Assembly (NCBI GenBank): GCA_902788575.1
Contig: CADAKY010000007.1
Span: forward strand, 2,743 to 66,742
DNA length: 64,000 nucleotides
Reading direction: 5' to 3'
Source of the DNA: an uncultured bacterium
GTDB lineage: Bacteria > Cyanobacteriota > Vampirovibrionia > Gastranaerophilales > Gastranaerophilaceae
Shown here: piece by piece, positions 1 to 9,654 of the stretch
How positions within the stretch are numbered: position 1 is the first letter of the stretch
Layout of the letters: each line of letters begins with the position of its first letter
Translations under genes and position numbers: made by a program
The notes under the pieces: model-generated
The model's input: only the letters and a program-made list of their open reading frames with translations
Told to the model about the DNA's origin: nothing
Database searches by the model: none

Positions 1-490
1 TGTCTCGAACTTCTTCATCTAATAACTTTTTACAAGATTCAAGCATTGCTTTCTTTTCCTTTATTCTTGTTTCTATTGTATTCATTTCAAGCTGTATTTC
101 TTTTTCTACTTCGCTTATGACATCGGCTTCTTGCTGTTTAAGAGCTTTTAAAGATTCTTCTTTAAATCTCGCAAATGCGCCATTTATCATTTGCTGCTGA
201 GCAAGCATATTAGGTGCCCAATTGTACATACCCATCATTTGCTGCTGCTGAACTTGCTGTGCAGCCTGCATAGAACTTGCATAGTTAGAGAATTGAGCAA
301 AAATATTTGCTCTCATAATCAACTCTTGTGGTATGCCTGCTACATTTGCGCCGGTCATAACACCTGAACTTGCCAGCCTATCTGTGTACTTTTGATATTT
401 CATTAACTTAGTACGTTTTTCAATTGCTTGGCGTTCAAGTTGATGTATTTCACGTGTTAATCTCTGGACTTCCCAGAATGCCATTAACAT
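1..490 (-). CDS. Hypothetical Gln/Met-rich coiled-coil protein, runs off the window start (3' partial)
   Basis: Read by hand from ATG at 490: MLMAFWEVQRLTREIHQLERQAIEKR...AAQQVQQQQMMGMYNWAPNMLAQQQ...KKLLDEEVRD, open to position 1; absent from the ORF track because it has no stop in the window. Confidence 0.8.
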   Translation of the reverse strand, partial: MLMAFWEVQRLTREIHQLERQAIEKRTKLMKYQKYTDRLASSGVMTGANVAGIPQELIMRANIFAQFSNYASSMQAAQQVQQQQMMGMYNWAPNMLAQQQMINGAFARFKEESLKALKQQEADVISEVEKEIQLEMNTIETRIKEKKAMLESCKKLLDEEVRD

Positions 491-533
491 AGTAAACCTA
501 CCTTGCTTTTCTAACCTTTTAACCTTACATATA

Positions 534-562
534 TATAAAGTTATTTTGATTTTAAAAATTGC
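534..562 (-). promoter_or_regulatory. GCAATT-N15-ACTTTATA bipartite motif, copy 1 (putative alternative-sigma promoter)
   Basis: Minus strand GCAATT-tttaaaatcaaaata-ACTTTATA, 43 nt upstream of ATG 490; same spacing in 5 copies. Confidence 0.65.
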
Positions 563-633
563 TTAATTTTTTTCAAATATTAAGTTTTGTAAAGGTAAGT
601 TTTTGATATAATAAAATGAAGGGAGAAATATTA

Positions 634-1080
634 ATGATAAAAGATAATATATCAAATGCTGAATTTTATACGGGACTCTCAAAAGGTATAAGGGAGGGCT
701 TGGAATGGATTAAAAATACTGACTTAGATAATATTGCTGACGGCAGGTACGATTTGAACGGAATAAATTATGCTAATGTTCAAAGCTATAATACAAAAGG
801 CGAGGCATTATTTGAGGCGCACAGAAACTATATTGATATTCAATATGTGATTAAAGGTGCAGAAATGTGCGGTATTAGTGATTACTGTCAAGCAAAAACA
901 GAAATTGAGTATGATAATCAAAAAGATATAGAATTTTTGTCCGTAAATCACAAAGATTATGTAACTTTAAAAGAAAAAGAGTTTTTAATATTATTTCCTC
1001 AGGATGCTCATCAGCCATCAATGAATGTTGATGGAAAGCGTAATTTTGTAAAAAAAGTTGTTGTAAAGGTTCATATATAA
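634..1080 (+). CDS. YhcH/YjgK/YiaL (DUF386) family protein
   Basis: Motifs FEAHRNYIDIQY, DIEF, FPQDAHQP, KKVVVKV; start moved to ATG 634 behind the GGGAGA RBS. Confidence 0.9.
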   Translation: MIKDNISNAEFYTGLSKGIREGLEWIKNTDLDNIADGRYDLNGINYANVQSYNTKGEALFEAHRNYIDIQYVIKGAEMCGISDYCQAKTEIEYDNQKDIEFLSVNHKDYVTLKEKEFLILFPQDAHQPSMNVDGKRNFVKKVVVKVHI

Positions 1081-1086
1081 AGGAGG

Positions 1087-1112
1087 AGGCGCAAGCTTGA
1101 ATGCATGCGCCT
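1087..1112. terminator. Hairpin between convergent genes
   Basis: AGGCGCAAGC-ttgaat-GCATGCGCCT imperfect stem, weak U-tract. Confidence 0.45.
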
Positions 1113-1139
1113 TATGATGAGAAGAGGAATATGACTTAA

Positions 1140-1517
1140 TTAAGCTGCAAAAATATTTTTTGCATTTTTATCAATCTGAAAATCAAATAATTCACCTTTA
1201 TACGGATTATTGTCAGAATTTTCATTTTGGGTTGATATAATGCTCCACAATTCACCGAGAACGTGAACTTTTTTTACATTTTTATTAGCGTGTGTTCTTA
1301 AATATTTTAACGTTTCGCTTAAAGTATTATTAACACTTATTTGTGTAGATGCTTTTAGTACATTAAGCTGTGAATTTGAATACAGATTTGATGTCAAATC
1401 AATAATCTTTTCTCCTTCATGATTCTTTAAACAATTCTTAGCAAGAATATTTCTAGCCTGATTTCTTAAGTAATTTTGATTTTCAAATCCCATTTTTGTT
1501 GATACGTTAAATTCCAT
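1140..1517 (-). CDS. Hypothetical protein (125 aa) behind a sigma-28-type promoter
   Basis: ORF with AAGGGA RBS; no recognisable family. Confidence 0.75.
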   Translation of the reverse strand: MEFNVSTKMGFENQNYLRNQARNILAKNCLKNHEGEKIIDLTSNLYSNSQLNVLKASTQISVNNTLSETLKYLRTHANKNVKKVHVLGELWSIISTQNENSDNNPYKGELFDFQIDKNAKNIFAA

Positions 1518-1568
1518 GATGCTATCCCTTGTTGGTTTAATTTTCCGGCTTTTCCCTTTGTATCATGT

Positions 1569-1595
1569 ATATCGGCATAAATTTCAAAAACTTTA
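1569..1595 (-). promoter_or_regulatory. Sigma-28/FliA-type promoter
   Basis: Minus strand TAAAGTTT-N11-GCCGATAT (consensus TAAAGTTT-N11-GCCGATAA), 51 nt upstream of ATG 1517. Confidence 0.8.
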
Positions 1596-1674
1596 ATTTT
1601 TTTAGCCTTTTTTTTTAAAATTGTTACAAAACTTAACTTTTTGATATCGGAATTCAGTTCGGCATATTAAACAA

Positions 1675-1713
1675 AACAAGCAAACAGAATTATATGTTTG
1701 CCTGTTTTTTTTT
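1675..1713 (-). terminator. Probable intrinsic terminator downstream of the 78-aa membrane ORF
   Basis: AACAAGCAAACA-gaattata-TGTTTGCCTGTT stem flanked by A/T tracts. Confidence 0.5.
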
Positions 1714-1730
1714 AATATTTAGTTTTAGTA

Positions 1731-1967
1731 TTAATATCTGTCGTTATTAAAAGAATTATCTGATAATTTACTGTTTATTGACATTAATAAATATGTAATA
1801 AAGAATACAAATATAAAGCTGACTAATCCTGCCCATAGAACTCCAAGAGCAGCCCATATTCCCTGAACAGCTAAAACTCTGATAGTAGAAATGATTAATC
1901 CTATTATGGTTACAAATGCCATAATATCAACTAAAATACCGCCAAATTTAACAACAAAATTTCTCAT
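1731..1967 (-). CDS. Small membrane protein (2 predicted TM helices)
   Basis: Two long hydrophobic stretches; AAGGGA RBS; upstream TATACT -10. Confidence 0.7.
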   Translation of the reverse strand: MRNFVVKFGGILVDIMAFVTIIGLIISTIRVLAVQGIWAALGVLWAGLVSFIFVFFITYLLMSINSKLSDNSFNNDRY

Positions 1968-2116
1968 ATTTTTTTCCCTTTATTTATCTAACCTTTTATA
2001 TTTTATAAGAGTATAATTTTGTATCAATAAGTCATTAAGGTATATTTAAATAGTCGTGTTATTATGCTGATTAAGGGAATTCATATTTTAATAATAATTA
2101 TTTATATAATTTTGTT

Positions 2117-2959
2117 ATGAAAAAAATTGTATTTGTTTTAATGATTATTCTTATGATACTTATTCCCGTATCATATTTAAAAAACAGGCATATAACTGCT
2201 GTGTTTAATGATGTACGCCCTTTTGACGGTAATATTCCGGTATATTATAAGGGAATTTGTATAGGAAAAGCCTCTGACAGATTTCATAGCAACGACTCCA
2301 GACGTACTAATCTCAAACTTACTATATATAATAAAAAATTAGTTCTTCCGCTTAATACAAAAGCTGTTTTGAAAAAACGAATTAAAAATGATAAAGAATC
2401 TGATTATATTGAATTAATTTATCCGGATGTTCCTTCCGAGCGTAACATAAAAGAATTTTCTCACATTCATGGGGTTGCAACCGTTGATGTAAAAGAATAT
2501 TTAAAAAAACAATCTCCGGAGGATTTAGAGCATATAAAAACAAACCTTCTTTCCGCATCTGAAAATCTCAATTCATCTTTGGAAGCATTAGCAGGAATGT
2601 TTATTTTGATACAGGATGTACTTCAAGAAAACAGAGGTAATCTGAAAGGCTCATCTCACAATTTGAATAAAACCACAGAGAATATGAATCATTTAACAAA
2701 AAAAATTGATAATATTATAGTAGAAGAACAGTGGAACAATACTTTTAAAAATATTGAAAATTCTACAGGCGGATTACATAAATTTACTCATAATATAAAT
2801 AATACAATTACAGATTTCGATAGAACTATGCCTATTACAATGCAAAATACAAACGAAATTACAACAAATGTTAATTCAATTACATGCGGTATTAGACAAA
2901 CTCTGAGTAAAAATTTTGGCGGTTTAAGATTATTTTTTGGAAAAGTTATAAATGAGTAA
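2117..2959 (+). CDS. MlaD/MCE family protein
   Basis: N-terminal TM anchor, MCE-like PVYYKGICIGK, C-terminal helical region. Confidence 0.75.
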   Translation: MKKIVFVLMIILMILIPVSYLKNRHITAVFNDVRPFDGNIPVYYKGICIGKASDRFHSNDSRRTNLKLTIYNKKLVLPLNTKAVLKKRIKNDKESDYIELIYPDVPSERNIKEFSHIHGVATVDVKEYLKKQSPEDLEHIKTNLLSASENLNSSLEALAGMFILIQDVLQENRGNLKGSSHNLNKTTENMNHLTKKIDNIIVEEQWNNTFKNIENSTGGLHKFTHNINNTITDFDRTMPITMQNTNEITTNVNSITCGIRQTLSKNFGGLRLFFGKVINE

Positions 2960-2990
2960 TAAAAAAGGAGTGAAACACTCCTTTTTTATT
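2958..2990. terminator. Bidirectional intrinsic terminator
   Basis: AAAAAAGGAGTG-aaa-CACTCCTTTTTT between convergent mlaD-like gene and mscL. Confidence 0.85.
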
Positions 2991-2998
2991 TTATCAAA

Positions 2999-3460
2999 TT
3001 ATAATTCAGATGTGCAATTAGGACATTTTTTAGCATTTAGCGGAATTTGTGTACAGCAGTACGGACATTCTTTTTCAGTTGCTGCCTCTTCTGCTGCTTC
3101 CTCTTTGCATGCTTTGTCTTTAATTGTGTTTACAATTTTAATTAATGCAAAAATTGCACAAGCTACAATTAAAAAGCTGATAATTGTGTTTATAAATAAG
3201 CCGTAATTAATTGTAACAGCACCTGCTGCAGATGCCGCATCAAGTGAATCGTATTTTTCACCCAACGGATAAAGTGTGAAATAAAGATTTGAGAAATCAA
3301 CTTTGCCAAGTATAAAACCTATAGGCGGCATAATGATGTCTTTTACAAGAGAATCAACAATTTTGCCGAATGCTGCACCGATAATTATACCGACAGCCAT
3401 GTCCATAACGTTTCCGCGTAAAATAAAGTCTCTAAGTTCGTTTCCTAAATTTTTAAACAT
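2999..3460 (-). CDS. mscL: Large-conductance mechanosensitive channel with C-terminal CxxC..CxxC zinc ribbon
   Basis: FILRGNVMDMAVGIIIGAAFGKIVDSLVKDIIMP, INYGLFINTIISFLI; tail CPYC...CPNC. Confidence 0.95.
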   Translation of the reverse strand: MFKNLGNELRDFILRGNVMDMAVGIIIGAAFGKIVDSLVKDIIMPPIGFILGKVDFSNLYFTLYPLGEKYDSLDAASAAGAVTINYGLFINTIISFLIVACAIFALIKIVNTIKDKACKEEAAEEAATEKECPYCCTQIPLNAKKCPNCTSEL

Positions 3461-3641
3461 GTTAAACTCCTTTTCTTTTATGTTAATATTATCAAAAAAT
3501 TTTTTAAAAGTACAATGATTTTTAATTGTATTTATTACAATTGTTGATTTTTTTATTACTCTATACTAGAATATTGCTAATGTGTAAACCGGGTCGGAAT
3601 TAAAAACCTTACCGGTCAGTATAAATTAAGGAGACAAAATT

Positions 3642-4913
3642 ATGACATCAAAAACATTTTTATTCACGTCCGAATCCGTTACGGAAGGACACCCCGACAA
3701 AGTATGCGACCAAATTTCTGATGCAATTTTGGACGAATTTTTGTCAAAAGACCCGTCCAGCCGTGTTGCGGCTGAAACGACAGCCACTACAGGAATGGTT
3801 CTTGTATGCGGAGAAATTACTTCTAACTGCTATGTGGATATACCGCAAGTTGTTAGAAATACAATAAAATCAATCGGTTACACCGGAACAACATCAGGCG
3901 GATTTGATGCAGATACTTGCGCAGTGCTTACAAGTATTGACGAACAATCTGTTGATATCGCAGGCGGAGTAAACAAAGCTCTTGAAAGCAGAAGTGACAG
4001 TGCATTAACTTCTAAAAGCGAAACTTCTGATATAGGTGCAGGCGACCAAGGTATTATGTTCGGATACGCTTGTAACGAAACTCCTGAACTCATGCCGCTT
4101 CCGATAAGTTTAGCTCACAAGCTTTCATATAGACTTGCTCAAATCAGAAAAGAAGGTCTTGTAAACTACTTGAGACCGGACGGTAAATCGCAAGTAACAG
4201 TTGAATACGTTGATGGAAAACCTTCAAGAATACATACCGTTTTACTTTCAACACAACATGCTGCTGAAATTAACGGAATCAGCGATAATTCAGAAGTTCA
4301 ATCTATTATTTCAAGAGATTTGAAAAAGCTTGTTATAGATTATATATTTGAAACAGAAGCTATTAAGCCTGACAAAGATACTATTATCCTTATTAATCCG
4401 TCCGGAAGATTCGTTGTCGGCGGTCCGCAGGGTGATACAGGTCTGACAGGACGTAAGATAATTGTTGATACTTATGGCGGATATTCTCGTCACGGAGGCG
4501 GTGCTTTCTCAGGAAAGGATCCGACAAAGGTAGACCGTTCAGCTGCTTATGCGGCAAGATATGTTGCTAAAAATATTGTAGCTGCCGGAATTGCAGACAA
4601 ATGTGAAATTGAGCTTGCTTATGCAATCGGTAAGGCTGAACCTGTTTCCATTTTTGTTGATACTTTCGGAACAGGCAGAATTTCTGATGATGAAATTTCT
4701 TCAATCATCAGTAAGAATTTTGACTTAAGACCGGCTGCAATCATATCTAACTTTGATTTAAGAAACTTGCCTGCTAAAAACGGCGGCAAATTCTATCAAA
4801 AATTAGCTGCATACGGACATGTAGGAAGAACTGATATTATTGTTCCTTGGGAACAACTTGATAAGGTCGAAACTTTAAAAAAGTCATTAAATAGCACATG
4901 TGCTTTGTGCTAG
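3642..4913 (+). CDS. metK: S-adenosylmethionine synthetase
   Basis: [35 protein letters not shown]. Confidence 0.98.
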   Translation: MTSKTFLFTSESVTEGHPDKVCDQISDAILDEFLSKDPSSRVAAETTATTGMVLVCGEITSNCYVDIPQVVRNTIKSIGYTGTTSGGFDADTCAVLTSIDEQSVDIAGGVNKALESRSDSALTSKSETSDIGAGDQGIMFGYACNETPELMPLPISLAHKLSYRLAQIRKEGLVNYLRPDGKSQVTVEYVDGKPSRIHTVLLSTQHAAEINGISDNSEVQSIISRDLKKLVIDYIFETEAIKPDKDTIILINPSGRFVVGGPQGDTGLTGRKIIVDTYGGYSRHGGGAFSGKDPTKVDRSAAYAARYVAKNIVAAGIADKCEIELAYAIGKAEPVSIFVDTFGTGRISDDEISSIISKNFDLRPAAIISNFDLRNLPAKNGGKFYQKLAAYGHVGRTDIIVPWEQLDKVETLKKSLNSTCALC

Positions 4914-4929
4914 CAGAATAATTAAACAT

Positions 4930-4967
4930 AAACAAAAGGCGGTGTTTCAAAACGCCGCCTTTTGTTT
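4930..4967. terminator. Bidirectional intrinsic terminator
   Basis: AAACAAAAGGCGGTGTT-tcaa-AACGCCGCCTTTTGTTT between convergent metK and pgi. Confidence 0.85.
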
Positions 4968-4983
4968 TTTATGTTATTATTTT

Positions 4984-6282
4984 TTATCCTATTCTTCCGG
5001 GAACAACAACACCGCCCTTAAGGTTCTTTTTGTAGAATTCTACGTGTGGTTGAAGCACGCTGTCAAGAACTTCCGGCAAAGCTTTATTTTGCATAACAGC
5101 TTCAACAATTTCCTGATAGCAGGTTGCAAATGCTCTCAATTGTGTCACAGCGCCTGCTGCTTCCGGAGTTAAGCCAAGTTCAGAAGTTTCAACTGATTCC
5201 ATAAAGAATGCACCTGTAACTTCATAAGATTTTGACAAAGCTCCAATATATGCTTCCGCATTAGATTTGCAAACACCGTTATCTAAAGGAACTGTTAGTG
5301 CAAAAACCAATTTGTTTGCAGGGTTGAAGTGTGCTTCCGCAGAATGGTGCATAGCATCAGGAACCTTTGCAATCTGTTTTAAGGTATCTTTAACGGATTC
5401 ATTTTGCATTTGTGCATGCCAGTAAACTGTGTTTTCAAACATTGAACCCATATATTGATGAACAGATGCTTCAATTCCGTTTAGTTTTGCATTTGCCCAG
5501 AAAATACCTTCTTTTAGTGCATCATTTATATCCAGATCTGCCGTCAATGAGAGTTCGGAAACCTCCATAGCACTTCTTAACATTGATGCCATATCTTCTT
5601 TCTTCATACCTGCAAAAGCGAGTGTAAACAGAGCATGGTCATCAAAAGCAGAGAATCTTCCGCCTACATCATCATGGATAAACAAATCACCAAGCCACTT
5701 CTCTTCGATAGAAGTTCTTCTAAGTTCACTTTTTTCGGCATTTTTATCTGTTACAGCAATAAAGTGTTTTGAAGCGAGTTTTTTAGCTTCATCTAAAGAA
5801 TTTCCTTTTGCAATATAAGCATCTTCAAGCATTTTTTTGATTCTTAAGAAACCGTCTTTTGTCTCAAAGGTTGAACCTGATTTTGAAGCGATTAGGTAAT
5901 TTGATGAAAGAACGTCACCGCCCAGTTTTGACAAATATCTTGCCCAGCTTATTGAATCAACATCGGAATAGAAAAGGATGCTTTCACCAGAAATGTTCAA
6001 ACCGTTTATTCCAAGCATGTGTTCAACTGTGTGTTTAGAACCGCCGATACCCATAACAGAAAGCTTTGAAGCGCCTGTTTGTGATTTTAAATCAGATGCC
6101 ATTGAATAAATATCATCTAATCTTTTTAGTTGTTCTGCAGGTAAATTAACCCAGTTTAAGAATTTTCCTTCTTTGTTTGCACGTGATGAAAATTCTTGTA
6201 CAAACTCAGATACATGTGAATTGTATTTTGAAAAATCAATTCCTGAAAAAGTTGTTTTTAGTGAAGATAATTTTGTTATCAT
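4984..6282 (-). CDS. pgi: Glucose-6-phosphate isomerase (divergent)
   Basis: GIGGS, ASKSGSTFET, DVGGRFS, QNES, QPHVEFYK; start at ATG 6282 behind GGAG. Confidence 0.75.
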   Translation of the reverse strand: MITKLSSLKTTFSGIDFSKYNSHVSEFVQEFSSRANKEGKFLNWVNLPAEQLKRLDDIYSMASDLKSQTGASKLSVMGIGGSKHTVEHMLGINGLNISGESILFYSDVDSISWARYLSKLGGDVLSSNYLIASKSGSTFETKDGFLRIKKMLEDAYIAKGNSLDEAKKLASKHFIAVTDKNAEKSELRRTSIEEKWLGDLFIHDDVGGRFSAFDDHALFTLAFAGMKKEDMASMLRSAMEVSELSLTADLDINDALKEGIFWANAKLNGIEASVHQYMGSMFENTVYWHAQMQNESVKDTLKQIAKVPDAMHHSAEAHFNPANKLVFALTVPLDNGVCKSNAEAYIGALSKSYEVTGAFFMESVETSELGLTPEAAGAVTQLRAFATCYQEIVEAVMQNKALPEVLDSVLQPHVEFYKKNLKGGVVVPGRIG

Positions 6283-6435
6283 ATTTTTCTCTCCTTTTTT
6301 ATTCATAAAACAATGATACTATAAAAATGCGGTATAATATACAATTTCATAATAATAAAGTTATATTATTATTGTATATAAATAATTCTTAAGATATAAT
6401 TGTTGTTAATCTTATTAAATAATATGGAGTTTAAA

Positions 6436-7281
6436 ATGTTTGAAGATTTTAATGAAGTTGTGTGTTTGGGAATGGGCGGTTCTTATTCCGAAATGGCAAA
6501 AGATAAACTATTCAAAGCTTATGATCTTTTTTTGTATCAACTATCTTTAAATTCCATAACCGATTGTATTGACTATGTTGATGAGAATTCAAATGCGATT
6601 GCAATTTTACCAGTTGAAACGACTGCAAAAGGGATAATAAGAGAAACAATAGATAATCTGATTACAACAAAAAATCAAAATATCCAAATTTTAGCAGAGA
6701 CAATTATTCCGGTTAATGATTGTATACTTTCAAAAACAACTGAATTTTACAGTATCTCAGGACTGATTTCAAATCCGAATGCTTTAGCTAAATGTAAAAC
6801 TTTTATAAAAGATGAAATGCCGAGACAGCTGAATGTTGTAATTGCAGAGAGTATGGATGAATCTGCAAGGCTCTTAAATAATTATAATTTAACGTATTCA
6901 ATAATCGGAACACATAAAACTGCGGAAATATATAATTTAAATGTTTTAAAAGAACATATAGAAGATTTTAAGAACAATAACAGGCGTTTCATTGTTATAG
7001 GTGATGCTCAGACTCATCCTACGGGTAAAGATAAAACAAGTATCGTTCTCTTCCTTGATGATAAACAGGGAGCACTTTTAGATATTGTTCAAGTTTTTGT
7101 TAAATATCATATAAATATTACTCAGATAAATTCAAAAATGGTGAATAATAATGCGGAGGAACAGGCTGTGTTTATTGATTTTGACGGGCATAAAGAAGAT
7201 GAAATTATACGGAATCTTCTTGATGAATTATCACCGCATGCTAAGGGTATAAGAACTATTGGTTCATATACATCTTTTTAA
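6436..7281 (+). CDS. pheA: Prephenate dehydratase-like protein (PDT + ACT), catalytic motifs degenerate
   Basis: CLGMGGSYSEMA, AILPVE, TGKDKTSI, DKQGALL, FIDFDGH, IGSY; the TRF motif reads RRF. Confidence 0.7.
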   Translation: MFEDFNEVVCLGMGGSYSEMAKDKLFKAYDLFLYQLSLNSITDCIDYVDENSNAIAILPVETTAKGIIRETIDNLITTKNQNIQILAETIIPVNDCILSKTTEFYSISGLISNPNALAKCKTFIKDEMPRQLNVVIAESMDESARLLNNYNLTYSIIGTHKTAEIYNLNVLKEHIEDFKNNNRRFIVIGDAQTHPTGKDKTSIVLFLDDKQGALLDIVQVFVKYHINITQINSKMVNNNAEEQAVFIDFDGHKEDEIIRNLLDELSPHAKGIRTIGSYTSF

Positions 7282-7323
7282 TAATACTTTACCTTCTATT
7301 GTTTATTATGTTAGAATTCATAT

Positions 7324-8322
7324 ATGGCAGAAGGACAAATTTTTAAAATTCACTCGGATTTTTATTATGTAAATTCTAAAAATACTGTATTTGAGTGTAA
7401 GTTAAGAGAAGTTATAAAAAAAACAAAACAAGATGTTTTAGTTGGTGATTACGTTGAGTTTAATAACGGGGCTATAGAAAAAATCCTGCCAAGAAAAAAC
7501 TATATCCCGCGGCCTTCAGTTTCTAATATTGACCAGATTATAATAATTTCTGCCGTAAAAGAACCCGAGTTAAGTTTTTCGCAGTTAAACAGATATATCG
7601 CATTTGCAAAATATTATAACATCAATGCGGTGTTATGTTTTAATAAAAATGATTTATCTTCTGATGATAAAATCATAGAGAAAGTATTTTCAATATATGA
7701 GCCGTTAGGGTACGATATAATTTTTACTTCTGCACTTGAAGGGTATGGGCTGGAAGAATTTAAGGAAATTTTGTTCGGAAAAACCTCTGTTGTAGCAGGT
7801 TCCTCGGGGGTTGGAAAATCCAGTTTGATTAATGCTGTTTCCGGATTAGATTTAAGAACGAAGTCTGTAAGTGAAAAGACTCAAAAAGGTACTCATACAA
7901 CCAGACATTCAGAAATTATATCTCTTGATTCAAAAACAAGAATTGTTGATACACCCGGATTTAGTAATCTTAAATTTGATTTTATCCTGCCGCATGAAGT
8001 AGATTCTTTGTTTGAAGAAATTTATCCGTTAAGAAAAAATTGCAAATTTGCTGATTGTCTGCATATCCATGAAGCGGGATGCGCTGTCAAAGAAAATCTT
8101 GATAAAATTGATGAAACCAGATATAAAAGTTATCTGGAATTTGTGGAAGAAGCTAAATTATATAAAGAAAAAGTTAAATTTCAGGGTACAAAAACCGAAA
8201 TTTCACATAAAAGAAAAAATAATGAAATCGCTGTAAAAATTAGCACACGAAAAAGAGAAAGTGCAAGAAATACAAAAAGACAAAATATTTATAAGGACAT
8301 ACAAAATGAAAGAATTGATTAA
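7324..8322 (+). CDS. rsgA: Ribosome small subunit-dependent GTPase A
   Basis: NKND, GSSGVGKSSLIN, GTHTTRH, DTPG, CKFADCLHIHEAGC. Confidence 0.96.
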   Translation: MAEGQIFKIHSDFYYVNSKNTVFECKLREVIKKTKQDVLVGDYVEFNNGAIEKILPRKNYIPRPSVSNIDQIIIISAVKEPELSFSQLNRYIAFAKYYNINAVLCFNKNDLSSDDKIIEKVFSIYEPLGYDIIFTSALEGYGLEEFKEILFGKTSVVAGSSGVGKSSLINAVSGLDLRTKSVSEKTQKGTHTTRHSEIISLDSKTRIVDTPGFSNLKFDFILPHEVDSLFEEIYPLRKNCKFADCLHIHEAGCAVKENLDKIDETRYKSYLEFVEEAKLYKEKVKFQGTKTEISHKRKNNEIAVKISTRKRESARNTKRQNIYKDIQNERID

Positions 8323-9175
8323 AATAATTGATGAAAAGTTAGATGAATATTTACAGGTTGTTTATCCGGAAGATATATTTAAAGCTATGAAATATACTCT
8401 TATGCTGCCTGGAAAACGTCTTAGACCGGTTATGTGTATTGAAACGGCAAGAGTTCTCGGATGTGATATAAATAAAGTCTTACCCGCAGCATGTGCTTTA
8501 GAAATGCTTCATGTTCAGAGTTTAATTCATGATGATTTACCATGTATGGATAATGATGACTTTAGAAGGGGAAAACCATCTAATCATAAAGTTTTTGGAG
8601 AAGCTAATGCAGTTCTGGCCGGTGATGCTCTTTTAACATTTGCTCCTCAGTTAATTATTGAAAAATCAACAGAACTATCTTCAACACAGATTTTGAGAAT
8701 TTTACATGAGTATACAAAATTTGCCGGAGCTTATGGTTTAATTGCGGGGCAGGTTGTTGATATAGAATCTGAAGGCGGGAAATTGGTAAAATCCGCAAAA
8801 GAAACATTAGATTTTATACATCTTAATAAAACAGCTGTATTATTCAGACTTGCAGTAAGAATTGGAGCAATTGCAGCCGGAGCTGATGATGCCGTTATTA
8901 ATGAATTTGACGAATTTGCAAAAAAATTCGGACTTGCTTTCCAGATATATGACGATATAATGGATGAAATTTCTTCGTTCGAAGAGCTGGGAAAAACTCT
9001 TGGTAAGGATAAAGCATCCGGAAAACTAACATACGTTTCTCTATATGGACTTGAAGAAGCGAAAAGAAAATTTAACTATCTAATACAAGAATGTTATGAT
9101 ATAATAGAGAAGTATAATTCCGATATATTTAACGGAATCTTAGATAAGTTAAAGACCAGAATTATGGGGAAATAG
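8306..9175 (+). CDS. ispA: Polyprenyl diphosphate (FPP/GGPP) synthase, IspA/CrtE family
   Basis: GKRLRP, SLIHDDLPCMDNDDFRRGKP, AFQIYDDIMD; start ATG 8306. Confidence 0.9.
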   Translation: MKELIKIIDEKLDEYLQVVYPEDIFKAMKYTLMLPGKRLRPVMCIETARVLGCDINKVLPAACALEMLHVQSLIHDDLPCMDNDDFRRGKPSNHKVFGEANAVLAGDALLTFAPQLIIEKSTELSSTQILRILHEYTKFAGAYGLIAGQVVDIESEGGKLVKSAKETLDFIHLNKTAVLFRLAVRIGAIAAGADDAVINEFDEFAKKFGLAFQIYDDIMDEISSFEELGKTLGKDKASGKLTYVSLYGLEEAKRKFNYLIQECYDIIEKYNSDIFNGILDKLKTRIMGK

Positions 9176-9183
9176 GAGCTTAA

Positions 9184-9639
9184 ATGGGTGGAATTTATAA
9201 TACAGGGTATGAAGTAATCTTTGTTGCTTTTTCAGCTATCGTAGTAACACAGGTTATAAAATTTGTTCTGCATTTATTAATAAAAAGACAGTCCGATTTA
9301 AGAATGTTTTCAACAACCGGAGGTATGCCAAGTTCACATTCTGCAGGTGTTGTAGGACTTTCAACAACAGTCGGTCTTATAAACGGATTCAGTTCTGTTG
9401 AGTTCGCAATAGCTATAGGATATGCTTTTATCGTTATGTATGATGCTGCTGGTGTAAGAAGAGCTGCAGGTAAACAGGCAGCATGCCTTAATAGAATTAT
9501 TATGGATGTTTATAAACAAGACTTGCAGGAAGCGGGCGGTAAGCTGAAAGAACTGTTGGGCCATACACCGATGCAGGTTCTTGTCGGTGCATTATTCGGT
9601 ATTGTTTATGCATATTATATTCACAATTTACTGGGCTAA
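9184..9639 (+). CDS. Divergent PAP2 family protein (DUF212)
   Basis: TGGMPSSHSA, VMYDAAGVRRAAGKQA, LKELLGHTP. Confidence 0.93.
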   Translation: MGGIYNTGYEVIFVAFSAIVVTQVIKFVLHLLIKRQSDLRMFSTTGGMPSSHSAGVVGLSTTVGLINGFSSVEFAIAIGYAFIVMYDAAGVRRAAGKQAACLNRIIMDVYKQDLQEAGGKLKELLGHTPMQVLVGALFGIVYAYYIHNLLG

Positions 9640-9654
9640 TTTTTGAGGTTTTTT

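Noticed and set aside
534-562. Reading the GCAATT motif on the opposite strand as sigma-28 (TAAAGT...TGC) or sigma-54 (TTGC)
   Set aside because: The spacing is 6 nt too long for sigma-28, there is no GG at -24 for sigma-54, and that orientation points away from the orphan genes.
1656-1664. Second sigma-28 -10-like word (GCCGAA) on the minus strand
   Set aside because: No TAAA -35 element at the required distance.
2999-3075. Zinc-ribbon tail on MscL as a novelty
   Set aside because: This CPxC..CPxC extension is already familiar in MscL proteins from many anaerobes.
4984-6282. pgi as a pseudo-enzyme because of its divergence
   Set aside because: Candidate catalytic Glu (QNES), His (MHHS) and Lys (VEFYK) and the substrate-binding motifs are retained.
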